Source: Marsupella aquatica
Lineage: Eukaryota; Plantae; Marchantiophyta
DNA: 64,000 nucleotides
Assembly (NCBI GenBank): GCA_973895155.1
Contig: OZ316891.1
Span: 13,175,037-13,239,036 of the forward strand
Direction of reading: 5' to 3'
Shown: positions 1 through 13,500 of the stretch, piece by piece
Layout of the letters: each line of letters starts with the position of its first letter
Position numbering within the stretch: position 1 is the first letter of the stretch
Position numbers and translations under genes: made by a program
Notes under the pieces: model-generated
Database searches by the model: none
Told to the model about the DNA's origin: nothing
Seen by the model: the letters and a program-made list of their open reading frames with translations, nothing else

Positions 1-1626
1 CGCCATACGATGGCCCCATTAATGTTTTTCTAATTAAGCTTTCCAGGATTCAGTTGATTAGAGTATTTCTAAAAATCATGTGCAATTTGAATATAATTAA
101 ACGGGACTTTATCTACTACTCATACTTCATACAGAGAATATTTGATCAAATTTAAAATGACCTATTTTAGCAAGTTGATAATACTGTACATCAGAGAACT
201 TTCAATTATCTATTTTTTTAAAAAGTTTACAACACCCCAATAGTGGTTCTCGCTCGATAAAAAAGAGTAGATGTAAATGTCAGATTAAATACCTGTTTTT
301 TGGAGTTCACATTTTTCCTTTAAACTTCAAGTTGAACTCGGAGTTGACCCCAAAACATAAGACCAACTTACCCTCCCAAAACTTATTTTCTTTCTCATAT
401 CAAGCTAGCTAGGGTCTACTACTGGCTTTGCTCCACTCGGCTTTGCTCCACTCATCGACCAGTAATATAAAGTAAGATCCCAAAGGCATAAGCACAACCT
501 ACCCTCCCCGTACTCATTTTCTTCCCTTATTATGCTAGTGTCTATTGGCTTTGCTCTACTCGTAGACTAGTGATAATATTGTTGGCTATGGGATTGCGTA
601 ATAAAAGAGATGACAATAATTATGATGAATTCATATTCATATTCACATTCACATACTTTATATGTTAATTGTCCATTGTACTTGCCTGCACTCGACAGGT
701 GTACCCAAGTCACAATCATGCCAAAGCCCCAAAGAAAGTAACCATTAATTTTGAGGACTCTCATCAAAAGATGCCTACACTTTGCATCCAGCTAGCTAAA
801 AGCTAAAATATTGAGAGAAGAAGAAAGGAAAGATGGAGGGAACACTAAAAATGGGACACACCAGAAAATATACCCAAGGAATAGGGAAGAAATCTGACAG
901 GGGTGATATGCAAACATGACTTTGAATTCTAGTTAGACTTAGAGGTCGAGACAAAATTGTTGTCAAGCAAGACATTCATATTGCAAGGGTTAAAAAATAT
1001 CCTACTTTAATTTGCTGATATATTGGGTGATGAAAGAGTACTTTAGCTACTGTAGTTTGGTGGAATAGAGAACGTCTAAACCAGTAAAGTTTGACACGGT
1101 TAATTAGGTGCCCAAGATGCGATTGCAAATCCCCACTCTATATATGATGTACACTGCCATATACTACTGTAGTTTCTTTGCAATCATGCCTGTCATATGT
1201 CACAGAAATAGAAACAGGGAAATTGGCTAAGGCCTTGAGCAGTTTTATTATTGTGATCTTTGTCCAGTCTGAGCTCTCATGGACCAAATGCCTATACTCA
1301 AATTTATTATATGCTTTCTGACCCATGAGAGTGTTTTTTCACTTCGCCCTCAACATTCAATTTCCTCATGTCGAGATTCTGTACAACAACTCGTCGAGTC
1401 ACACATTCCACAGTTTTTAACTCGAGACCGGAAATTCTGGAAGATTGTTGATTTTGCATTTCGCCACAGTCACGAGTAATAATGAGAACTTGATCAGGTA
1501 CTCTGATGGGCTTCCCACTTTCTCGAACTTATGATGAGGCTAATTTAAAACGGAGAGTGACGCGCCGTGTTCGGATGTACCGAGAGTATGGCCTCCATCG
1601 GCCTGTTACAATCATACACGGTACAG

Positions 1627-1709
1627 TACTATACTACTACTACTACTGCTACTGATGCGCTGCTGCTGCTGCTGCGCAAGAGCAAAATACTGGCAGGGGG
1701 GGGGGGGGG
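1627..1709 (+). repeat. (CTA)n/(CTG)n microsatellite and poly-G run upstream of the BZR gene
   Basis: Directly visible: ctactactactactactgct...gctgctgctgctgctgc, followed by a G run at about 1696-1709. Confidence 0.8.
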
Positions 1710-1886
1710 TGGAGATCACGCACTCTAGAGAATGATCGAGCATACCTCTGCTAAACTTTCTTGTTTGCGACTGTCTCTTCCTTGTTACCCTCGACAATCG
1801 CAAACCCTTCTCATCATCCTGCCTAGAACTCGATCTGGACATCGAAAGTGGAAGTTGTTGTCACATCGAGATCTGTGGATTTCGCC

Positions 1887-4800
1887 ATGGCAGACGCCAA
1901 TTTTCAGCAGACGCGAAAATGCACAGTGCGTGGATGCATTAAGTCCACGTCCGGTCCATGGATAGTACGACGACCTGCCAGTAAGAATTCCGGTTCTGGG
2001 AGCGCAAGTAAAGGAGCAGCAACAGCCGTGTTGAGGATGCCTTCTGCCCGGGAGCGTGAGAATAACAAAAGAAGAGAACGCCGGAGAAGGGCAGTGGCAG
2101 CACGCATATTTGCCGGTTTGAGGGCACACGGCAACTACAGATTGCCCAAGCATGCAGATCACAACGAGGTTCTGAAGGCGTTGTGTGCAGAGGCAGGTTG
2201 GCATGTGGATGAAGATGGCACCATTTATCGCCAGGTATTTCTGTTTCTTGTTGCTGCTGTTTCTTACTTTCTCCACCCTCAAACACAGTGGAAAAAGAAG
2301 AAGATTTCGACAGAATGATGTAGATTCTGAACCTCGAACTTTTGACATCGTTGTTCATGATGTCACGATCCATTGCAAGCAGATTATTACATATATAACC
2401 GTGTTGGGCACGATTTGAGCTAGAAGACCTCAAAGATAATACACCAAGCATGGATTGTAGCTACAGTCAGTCAATTTGGCATACCGGTTATATATATTAA
2501 TGAGGTGTAGACCACACGACGCGCAAGCCCAAAAAGTTTCCTTGATGACAGGGCCTCATCTTTGAAACTGACTTGGTGCCAGGGGCTTGGCTGACGGCTT
2601 GTTACTAGCTCTACCATCAGCAACCATGTATGCTACCGGGCTATCTCACAGTGTAACCAAACTTGCAACCCTCGACTCAATGTTCAGGCTTGCAGTAAGT
2701 TGAGAGCTTGATTCTCGATCATGTTTGTGTTTGAGGATGTGGGGGGGGCAAGCAAGAACGATCGAGACGTACAAGGTAAAGCGCCAAGTAGTTGATTAGT
2801 TAGGCTTCAATCACTGTCATCTCGATCGATACAGGTTCAACCCATAGAGGAATAAGCATGACGTAAGCCCCGGCCCATCAACTGATCGAGCAAGTTTCAA
2901 AGGGTGTGTCCCCATCAAGGCCAGGTTTCGGTTCCCCGCCGGGCCCATCAAGCAAATCTCTGATTATTCTGATAATATATCCGTCTTCTACATTTGCGAG
3001 TCCAGATTTCGAGAATCGCAGGTTATAGCAGTTTGGGGTTCATTAACGTACAGATTTGTATTGCGCGTGACAGAGATCGAAAAATAGCAAACCACTGCAC
3101 TAATTCTTTCCTGTGAATCTAATGCCGCTGTTAGATTGTCCTTGAAGATAATCCGGGAGCAACTGTCCATTAAATTAAGCGTACAGAGCCCTCGCCTTCA
3201 TGATCTCGTATGCGTAACGCGTGGTAGGATAAAATTTGGCTCAGGTTTATGAAGGTCCCCAAACCGAAATAGTGACAAGGCTCGCTCTTGATGTGCTCTT
3301 GATGTGCTCTTGATGTAAAACTTGTTGCGTGCTTATACGCAATATGCAAACAAGTTCGAGACTCAACTTGCATCGACTTTCCGATAAAAGCTAGGCGCTG
3401 AAACAGACAGCCATTAGAAAGAAACTTCAAAGGGTTTGCAACATAGTTTCACCTTCCAACAATAGTCTATGTGAACTCAAGGTTTGGCTCCAGAAGAGGC
3501 ACAATGATTAGCGCTTTAGCTCAAATGACGTGAATCACGACTTCCTGACATAGCGAGACCAACTTGAGCTCTGTCTCCTCTAACGTTGGGGCTTCCTTCT
3601 TTCCCTTGCGGATACACAGTTTCACTGCCTGCCCACATCGGAGACTAGTAGCGGTCTGCCCTGGATACTTTTCGCTGCACTGTGATGTTGAATCAGAGAA
3701 GAGGGTAAATGGATGTTATATTGTACATAGATAGATTGTGGCTTTGCTCAGACACAGTTGTTTGTTGGCAGGGTTCGAAACCCGCAGAAAGCCCTGGAGC
3801 AGGAGACGACGTCAACTGCAATGGATCAGCTTTGTCCATGCATCTGCTCCAAACTGACAGTCCGACTTCATCCGGTCGCAGTGACGAGACTACTTGCTCG
3901 GTGAGAAGCAGCAGACGTAACAGTGACATGAATCATCTCATACCCGATGATGATCCTTCACAAGTGGAGAACATGTATGACCTAAATCTGAGCCATAACA
4001 GTGGAGCCGAGAGTACCATTCTCATGAGCTCAGAAAAAAGTGGCAAAGTGCAGACAGCATTCATGGACCGTGTGGCAGCTGAGCGAATATTGGGGTCCAA
4101 GAGGTCGTCGTCGTCGATGATCAACCACGGTCTCTCGGAGTACCAATTTCTGGCTGCTGGCATGCAGATACCAGGGCCGTCGAGAGATCACCAATTCTCC
4201 ATTTCAAACGATGCGAGCGTTCGGACGGGGACCAGTCCTCCGCTGTCGAGGATTGCCACAAATGATGTTGTTAGGCTTGGTGACCATTGGTCGAGGCCGG
4301 TTTTCACGGCGGAGCACTCGGACCACCGTGCCGTGAAGAGAGAGTGGGACCATATTCAGTACGGGGAGGTCACCTCCCCATCTTCCCCTATTCTGGAACT
4401 GGAGGCTGCTTCTGTATCGGAACCAGGTATATTTCACTGCTCAGCATATCTCCTCTCCTCCCCGTTTGTAAATGGAAGTGGCGGTTGTCTGAATCTACCT
4501 AGGTATTGGGGCCTCCATTCCGTTCGAGCAGTCGCTCGTTGCGTACCTTATTCCTTTGGCAATCTATACTGTATGCATATTATGCATCTCAAATCTCAAT
4601 TATTTATCGAATAAGCACTGTAGTATATCCTTCTGTCGCGTTTATATGCTGCCTAGGCTTGCGATCTATCTTACGACGCGCAGCTACCACTGTCTCTAAT
4701 GTTTGGGCTACGATGGTCAGACTGTCAGAAATCGTATACCTATTAAGAGTCCACTACCGCCAGATATATCTTCTTACACTTTTAAACTTTTAACTGCTAC

Positions 4801-5949
4801 GGACGGTTAAGCGCATGCATGTACATTGTCTGGACTGGTTTACCGGAGTGATCCAAAAGGCAGGCATGTTTGAAACGCACAGCCACTACGCTTTATTACA
4901 ATTAATCCATATAGACTTCCCTTACTCTCACGTACCCACTCTACGATCTACTTAGCTCCATACAATTATAAACAAAGTTGCACTGGCTTGAACGGATCGA
5001 GCAGGCAGTACTGGAGGGAGCTAGTCGCATGCCTTAATCTAGAGCATGTACACCGCGTGTCCAGATCCGCCTCACAAATCATGGTCGAGCTGGAGATTAA
5101 TGATGTAAATCTTTAATGCCTCACATTGGCTGCTCTTCCTCGACCATAGCTAGAGCTAGAGAAAGGACTGGGCACAAGTTACCCCCGAAATAAGCAGGCC
5201 CACAACTCACTGAAGAAACCAATTAATATAAGAACTAAAAGTAGTCCGGGTCTTTAAGTCTGTTTGGCTTTAGGTCAGAGCTTCAAATCAGAGCTTGCAT
5301 GAGTTTGTTTGCATGCTTCAAATAGACCAGTGCTTGAGGTACGTTCTTGTTCGCATCATGTGTGCTTGCAGCTTGGGAGCATAAAATAAATTCTTTTTGT
5401 CTGACATTGAAGAGCGTGTTCCAAATGTTGCTTTCCATGTGGCTCCATTGTACAGAGAACAACAGCTTGCACAAGAGCAGAGATCACTATCCCACCGTAG
5501 AAGGACATTCTCAGCAGCATGTTCAACATTCTCAGCAACATGGAAATGCAAGGTGCTGGGATCAAATACAACTCACGCAGGCGTTCGACGACTCGAGCAA
5601 ATATATGTGCAGCAGCAATTACTTACAGCTCAACAGCACAAATGTTTCGTCAAGATGCGGTTCCACGGGAGGGAACAGACCATCAGTCGCAACCTGTCTG
5701 CTATCAGCTATCGCACCTTCATGTTCCGACCAGCTGCAGCATCCACGCGCAGAAGAACATCTGGCCGCGCACGGTGCTAATTTCGGGCTCCAAAGTAGTA
5801 CGCAAATGGTCCAATCCATACCTGTTCTGAAGGCAACACTTTGGAACACAGACATTCATCATGAAAACAAGGGAGCAAAGCTATATGCACCAGCGGCAAT
5901 TGACTCTCTCTCTCTCACCCTGTGTACTTCCACAGAAACAATGCATTGA
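1887..5949 (+). CDS. BZR/BES1-like: BES1/BZR1-family transcription factor (likely the non-canonical type-B subgroup); predicted exons 1887-2234, 3772-4426, 5456-5949
   Basis: Exon 1 encodes the BES1_N DNA-binding domain ([65 protein letters not shown]). Splice sites are phase-consistent: CAG|GTATTT at 2234, tggcag|GGT at 3772, CCAG|GTATAT at 4426 (phase 1), tacag|AG at 5456 (phase 1). The C-terminus has an EAR-like LxLxL motif (DSLSLTLC). Confidence 0.88.
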
Positions 5950-8900
5950 AGCACCTCTCTCTCTCTCTCTGAGCTCTCTGCCGACTTTAGGCTGAATCCG
6001 CTGCATGACTACCTAACAAGTGAAGAGACGAGATCGACACTTATTTAGGTAGACAGAAAGTGCACATCAGAGTCTTTGTCAACAGCTTTATGTTACAATA
6101 GTGTAGTCCCGATCGAGTGTAGTTTGTTACCAAAGTAACATTAAGGCCAGTGACTAGACTTAACGTAGCACTATGACTACGATGATGCATGGCAAATTGA
6201 ACTTAGCTACGTGGGTGGACTCTCTCTCTCTCTGTGGATCGCTGTGTTTGAGCTGTGACCTTCCCTTTTCTTCCATAAGGGGTAAGTGTGCTGCCTAGAT
6301 ATAATTAATGCATCGCCTTGCTCACTCTCTTGAAAATTTTCACTGCTCACCATCGTTCCTCGCCTCTGCTCAACCGAAATTCTCGATTCCACGACCAAGA
6401 GCCTCTCATTGTCGGACCTAAATCTTCAAGAACATCTCTAGAACTTTGTCTCAGGGTGAAAATTGACAATGATGAGTAGCAAAGACTTCGACTCGCTAGA
6501 CTGTGAGTCAATCTTGGCTGCTTACTCGTGTATCAAGTTCTATCCAGCCGAAGTTGGTTGATGGTCTAGAGGATAAAATATTCTTTCGAGGAAATTCAGA
6601 TTTACAAGGCACTGTCAAGGGCATTATTCGTAGACCAGTGAAGACCTGCAATGACTTCTCAGCAGGATTAGATTCGTATGGACCAGATGTCAATCAGGTG
6701 TGCCTGGCAATCAAAATTCTGTTATGAACAAGAATGGATCTTTGGAATATTGAAGTCTTTGAAGGCTTGCATGAATGGACTGACAGTTATATAGCAGTTT
6801 TGAACTGAGTTAGGAAGCTAGTACTAGAGCACAAAGACCGCACTTTGTTATTGAGCATTTGAGCTGATATCGATCGCTCGGACTGAAATTCTAAGATGAC
6901 TGCAATTGCAGCGTACTGTCTTGTATTCTTTGCCTGGCACTTTGAGGTAGTGTCTAACACAGGTGTTGGTGTTCAAACGTCCAGGATCCCATCCGGGACA
7001 GCGTTTTGAAGTTATCCTACCGGGGATAGGATAGAACCCGGGGATAAAACTCTGTAGACTTTGATAGGTATGAATCTAGAGAGAAACATTTGATCCTCGT
7101 TTGTCATGATGGTCGGTCATCTTGTGTGAGACCGTCTTGAGTTATATGCGCACTGTATAATTGGCAAGATGATCAATGACTCTTCGATCAAATTAATAGA
7201 AGGGATTCAACAGCTGCTTGCATGTCCTTTTCTCTTGACACCACAATTTTCATGATAAATTAATTACGACCCAGGGTCCTAGATACAGTAGAGTGCATTA
7301 TCTAAAGTGGCATGGATGCCTGGACGACTATGCAGAATATATTCATCCTGAGTATGGCTGAAGAAGTATTACGCAAGTATTTTCAAACGCGTGTCTTCGT
7401 CAGACTTGAACTGCTTGGTTTGGTGGACAACGGTATTCCCAATCCAATTTATACCAAACAAAGTTATACAGAAAAAATTATGCCTCTAAGTTACCAGTCA
7501 GCTCTCAGCCGTGTAAAAGTCGACCTACCAAAAAAAATTGCCGTTTAAATTTCAAAGAATCGTTCGGACGGTAGTTGATGACTAGACTTGAAGTTGGGAT
7601 GAAATTTCGTAATTATAACAACATTAAAGATTAATTAAGTACCTGGCCCATCGAGGACCCGGAACACCATTGGGGTACAACTGACTAGTTCCACTTTCCT
7701 AATAATAGAACAAAAACCATCTGGACAGATAAAGTTGCGTCTCTGTCACTGCACCATTGTGATTGTGATTGTCACTTAATGAGGAAACAAGCTCGGTAAC
7801 TTGGAGGTGTATAATTAATAATGAACTCTGACTGGCTACCTCGACGAGACAACCCATACGCCTTCCGCTAATTACCTTTGAGCTTGCTTGGATCTATGCT
7901 TTCGCTTCTGGACCCAGAACTTTAGCTAATCTGGCACCGGACGTTTGATGGAGTAGATCTTAAGTATTTAAGGATGTATATGGTTTTGAGATAGTATATT
8001 GTGGGATTTGTAGCAAGTTTATCATTATAGTATTATTGTCAGTGATTGGTAGATAAGAGATGCTTTAAATTCTAAACAGTCACCGCAGCGGTAGGACTCG
8101 GTAATTCGAGAATAGCCTCCCAGGCTCCAAGAGTACAATAAGTGCTGTACCACATCAGACTCGAAAGCATCGAGGCCGGTCTCGTGGAGTCACTTTCGCT
8201 TCAAATTGGTACCTGTCGATCCGCGAGAGAGGCCCTGCCCAAAGTACTCCAGTACGTTCGCATCTCGAAGATGGTCGAGTCACGCGCGCCGTTGCGATCC
8301 GAACGAAGCCTTGTGTCGGGAACGAGCCCAAAAGTCCTCTAACTGGTAAATTTCTAGGCGGACCGATGAGATTGGCATAAAATTGTATTGATCGATGATC
8401 TGGATCGGAGCGCTCACCGGATTGTCGAATGTTTGATAGATAAGAGACTTATAGCATGCACTTAACTGTGCACTTGCGTATCGATCGAATCAATCCTTCA
8501 CTACGTACGCACTGTAGGATATGTCGGCCGTCATCTGCAAGTTTGATCCATCATGACTGTCGGTGTTCCGTTTTTGACAGTCCTTGTTGGCTCAGTCGAC
8601 CGATGACGTGCTCGATCAAATAAACTTTTGCACTTCTTTGCAGTTAGTACCCTCGCCTCGATTCAACGACTGGTTCAACTCGATCAGTTAAGTATGCTAG
8701 CTACCGAAATGCTAGGTCCAATCCCACCAAACTGGCATCGATCGATCCTTCCAGCTAGTTTGCATGTGTTAATCGTCCCAAGAATAATCGATCAGATCGT
8801 CTTCCACAGTCACTTTTGAGGAGCAGCAAGCAAGCTGACGGTGGCGCAGACCTCACAGTACTGATCCAATGGTCGGATGCAATGCAAGACAGTACCCGTG

Positions 8901-10353
8901 AGACATCACTAATACTAGGGTTGGTAAAGGCAGCAATCAAAGGCCATGAAATCCAATCCAATACTGCATTTTGTACCGATCATGGATCAAGCTGCCATGC
9001 AAATACACGAAAACTTACTCTAGAGCTACATATTTAGATGTCTCCTCCGAAAATAATATTCCTCCTACGGAACTGGCGTGCTCATTCTAAGCTTGCTTAA
9101 TTTACGAGATTGCGTTCCTCCACAAGGGATTCGTCTGGCTGCAAGCCTGCCTGCCTGGCGCTTCTTCCTAGTAGGGTATATACACATATACGATTATTCC
9201 AAACTCCAATACCTTTTCCTTGAAATTCCGAGGACGGTGTCAAATGATGAGCGGGATTGAATCGAGGGTCGCTTTCTCGTCCCTGTGGAGCTCCACAGAC
9301 TGCACCAGCCGTCGATTCCGAGCTGAGGCCTGTGCCGTGAGGTACAATTCTGTGAGCGATCATCGAGTAAGTTGTTGTCTATGCTCCGCATTACAGTATC
9401 ACGTTGCTGCCCGCCAGCGTCCAGTGATCCAGTCCTCTAGAATACCTGCTTATTGGGGGATTTGCGCACTTGCATGTCGGGCCGGGCTGTGTCGGATTCA
9501 GCTCGACCGATTCGTAACTGCCCAGAATGATCAGATCAGGGAAGGCGCTGCCTGTCTGGTCTGGTGTGCGCACGTGATTAATTTGAGGCTTTCCAGACTC
9601 GGAGGCATTCCAAATGGACGTTCGCCTTACCTTACACCATTACAGTCATGTGAGGCTTGTAACGGAATACCGTAGGCCGTAGAAGTCTGCTCACCTATCC
9701 CTCGGTTAGGTACGGAACGTTGGGTACAGGGTTCGCTGGTTTCATGAGGGTCAGGGTCAGGGTCAGGTGCACATGGGGTCCGGGTAACTGGATAAGTGCA
9801 TTATGTGAAGCACTGCAGGCCAACCATGTCTTCCCTAGGAACTACAAGAATTTTCATTGTAAATGCACCAAAAATACACTTTGCAGCAGTGCAGGTAGAC
9901 CCTCTATAATGACAAAATATTGGCACTAGACGATAAATACATAAGTGTCTGTAAGGGCATACATACATTTTTTCAACGACTACAATTCATACATAAGAAA
10001 CATTTATTTATAAGTGCGGGCAAACAACTACATGAAGTAGTTTCATGCACTTATCCAGCTGAAATGTGCAATATGACGGTTGAGGGTATGAGAAGTCCCA
10101 TGTGTGTGACCAGACAACAGGGAATTATAAGTGCACAAGTGATTTCCCATGCACTGATTAGATATTGCAGACTTTGTACATATGGATAAGTGCATAAGTG
10201 ATGTACTATGCACTTATAGTACAGTGTTTTCCGTTGATAAGTGCTGGCCGGTGATGTCTTTCGGGAAGCCTGCACAATTCACTGTAAGGGGGCTTTACAC
10301 AAACTACTTTCAAGATACAAAATTGAACCGGTCACTTTTGTTTTCCTATACCT

Positions 10354-10548
10354 GATAAGAGTCATTTAGATGACCCCTGACCCAAAAAGGTGGTCACGTA
10401 ATGCATTTAATGTTGTACTGAAAGAACCAGAAAATTGATCAGACACTTGTGTTTTACTGGTGTTTTACCATACTAGATAAGAGTCATTTAGATGGCTCCT
10501 GACCAAAAAAGGTGGTCAGGTAATGCATTGAATATTGTAGTGAAAGAA
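10354..10548. repeat. Imperfect direct duplication (~73-bp core, ~122-bp period)
   Basis: gataagagtcatttagatg...aaaaggtggtca(c/g)gtaatgcatt...tgaaagaa occurs at about 10354 and about 10476. Confidence 0.75.
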
Positions 10549-13500
10549 TGAGAGCAGACTGAGGAGATACTGTCAAAGGGTTCCTAACTCATCTATTTTT
10601 GTTATTGCCCATTGAATTGGGTGCAATACCCAATTCAATGTATCACAAGTTGTCTCTCATGCCTGAAAGGTGAAGATACACATAGGTGCAAAGTCTACTT
10701 GACATTAGGTATTGCATCAAGTACTGTACATAGCAGTAGTCAAGCCAGCAGTAGCAATCTTCATTGCATTAAGTGATGTTTCAAGTAAATTCAAGGTTTG
10801 ACTCATAAGTGGACCAGCTTCTGCACAAACTCCCTCCCCAAAGTGGGGTGCACCAAAGCCCTTTGCACCCAAAAGACTTGACATTAATAAAAAAATATAG
10901 ATTTCACTATTTTATTACCCTAAATCTAAATGGGCAAGCCAGCAGCATCAAAGAGTGGAACAATCAACCTGAATCTGAAGAGGTGCTCTAAAATTTGGTA
11001 CAAGCTCAATCTCCACATAAACATTTTGGAGGACCACTCAAATCCATGGAGGGTTGGGAGAAGTCCATATACAATTGAGAGACTTCTTCTCAACTTGAAA
11101 TCTCATGTATAGCCTGAGTGGACTGGTCACATGAATGAAAGATGAAAGATGCTTTGGAGCTAGCCAGAAAGCCACCTCAAGTTCTTACTTGATAAGGGTC
11201 CTTAACTTCTTTCTTTGTGGATTACATATTTCAAGTTCTCAACTTCTCTTTTAAATGCAAACTGTACATTTTCATGCAGGAACCGTTTAGGTGCTCCATT
11301 GCAAGTTAATGGAACATCATGCAAATGAAACATGGTATGAACAACGTCAAAATAAGAATAATTGCAAACAAATACTGCAATCCATTTGAAGCAATGAATT
11401 GCAATTTCTTAGATGTGAGAAGCCAGAGGAGAGGAAATATGTCAAATATCATATGATCAAATTTTAACAGGCTAAGTGTGGGGAAAAATTGAAAGTTGCA
11501 TGCATCTATCTGCTCTTTGTGCCAAGATGCTGTCATGCAACAAAAGTGTCGTCTGGGCCAACTGCAAATCAGGCGAGCTGTCACTTTCCGGTTAGCAACC
11601 TAGTTTTTCTTATACCTGCTTTTCTTCAAGACAGTACAACCCTTATGGCAACCCATACTGAATCTCCTCCAACACATTTCCCATTTAAATTTCGTCCTGC
11701 ACTCCTCCAGTCAGAGAAGATGTGATGTCAATTTCACAATTATCTCCAATCAACCAGAGATTTTCTCAATCAATGCTCTAGTGTCAAATTTCTCTGTTCT
11801 GTCAACTTCAATTTCGCTATGAGCTATGGAGGTGCTAAGCATCAAGGATTCATATTAAAAAGAAAAACATTTCCAGCAACCAGTTTGATCGTCTTGTCGT
11901 TGCCCGACTATAACGTAGGCGGACATGTCACCCAATATGTCACCGTGGTGAGCAGGTTTTACCGTCCTGTATAGCGCATCGGGTGGGGATGCTAACCGTG
12001 TACAATTGCCACTAACAAGCTCGCCCGCCATTCTACTCACATTTAACGAGTTGTAAATGGCACTACCAGTGGGATTGCTCTGAGACTGGAAATGAATTTA
12101 AAATATAATTTGGGGATGGCTAATTAGGAGATATAAATAAGTGGTAACGAATTTGAAATATAATTTGGGGATTGTGGCTCATTATCCTCATTATGAATGT
12201 AAATAATTATGGTATTTATAGTTGTTGATGGGCCTCCTGGAATTGTTTCATGTGGAATCAAGTACTTACAATCAGGTATCTTTGCAGGCTTCGTGTGACA
12301 GAGTGATCGTTGATTTTCGATCTGGGGCTGTGTAGGACTATTGTTATAACCAAACCTGGCCAGATGGAGCGACCCACCCACCCCAGAGTCAGCCCCTTTA
12401 TTTCAAGTTCCCAAGGTAGATTGCTTGACCCCTTTGTCCATGCTGTTTCAAATCATGTACTGCCTCTCCAATACGAAGAGAAGAGGATCTAGAGGTGGGT
12501 TTGGAAAACAGAGCTTTCTGTAAGAAAAAAAGCAACAGATGTGACGGAAGGAATTTAGCTTGATGCTGGTACCAAAAGGTTGGTGAATTTGATACCCTCA
12601 CAATAAGTTATTGCTCATACCAGGAGAATGATGGTGGATTTTGAACCCTTCTCCGAGCTCTTGTAATGTTTGATCATATGCTTGCTGTTTGGCGAGGGTC
12701 ATTCCAAGACACTGGGTTGTTTTCTTACTATACCTTCAATCTCCAAACTTTTTCTCTCGTTCCTGTTGTTGAGTCTTTTGTAAGTTACACTGGCCACTTC
12801 TCTCGCAGCCGTTAATGTCCAAGGAACGAAAAACATTGTGAGCTAATTTGCTTTAAAACATCCATGTAGCAGCCCGCTTGATCGAAACACTGTCTCGTGT
12901 TTACAATTGAGCCCTGGCCTGCTCTTGAGAACCCGAACGAATTCAATCTTTACTGCATCGATCTGTACCCTTTCCATCGAGCTATCCATCTGTACCTTTT
13001 CTCTGAGGAAGTGCAACTCAAAGTTCTGATTCCAGTGCAACAGAACTCGGTGTATTATTGGGTTAGCTTTGAAGAAATGAAACGCGAGAGGCTGACGCAG
13101 TCAAATTATAATTTCCTAGTCTGTCAAGGGAAAACATTGTTTATCAACTGACCAAAATACTCTGAACCAAATTTTCAGGAGGAACACATTCGGAAACGTA
13201 GGGCCTGAATATAATAAGACAACAAATTAATTTCTTATCGTAGGACTTAGTTGACTCACAAATCAGAAGGGCACATAAGCTACAGCAGATATATAGTGAG
13301 AACGAAAGCAATTGTAGTGCAGTCATTATACATGAAACACCTTACTTTAACATAATTCTATGATTACAGCAGGGAAGTAATGTAAACTAAACGAGAAGAT
13401 AATCCCTGCATAATCAGCAGAACTATTTCGCTCGTTGTCCACCTTCCAGCTGCCCGTGAATTGCTGTTTCTTGATGTCATCCTCCAGCAACTAAGGCTTG

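Noticed and set aside
4427-4614. ORF continuation after BZR exon 2, and similar run-ons at 2235-2318 and 5347-5455
   Set aside because: These lie beyond phase-consistent GT/AG sites and are read-through into introns.
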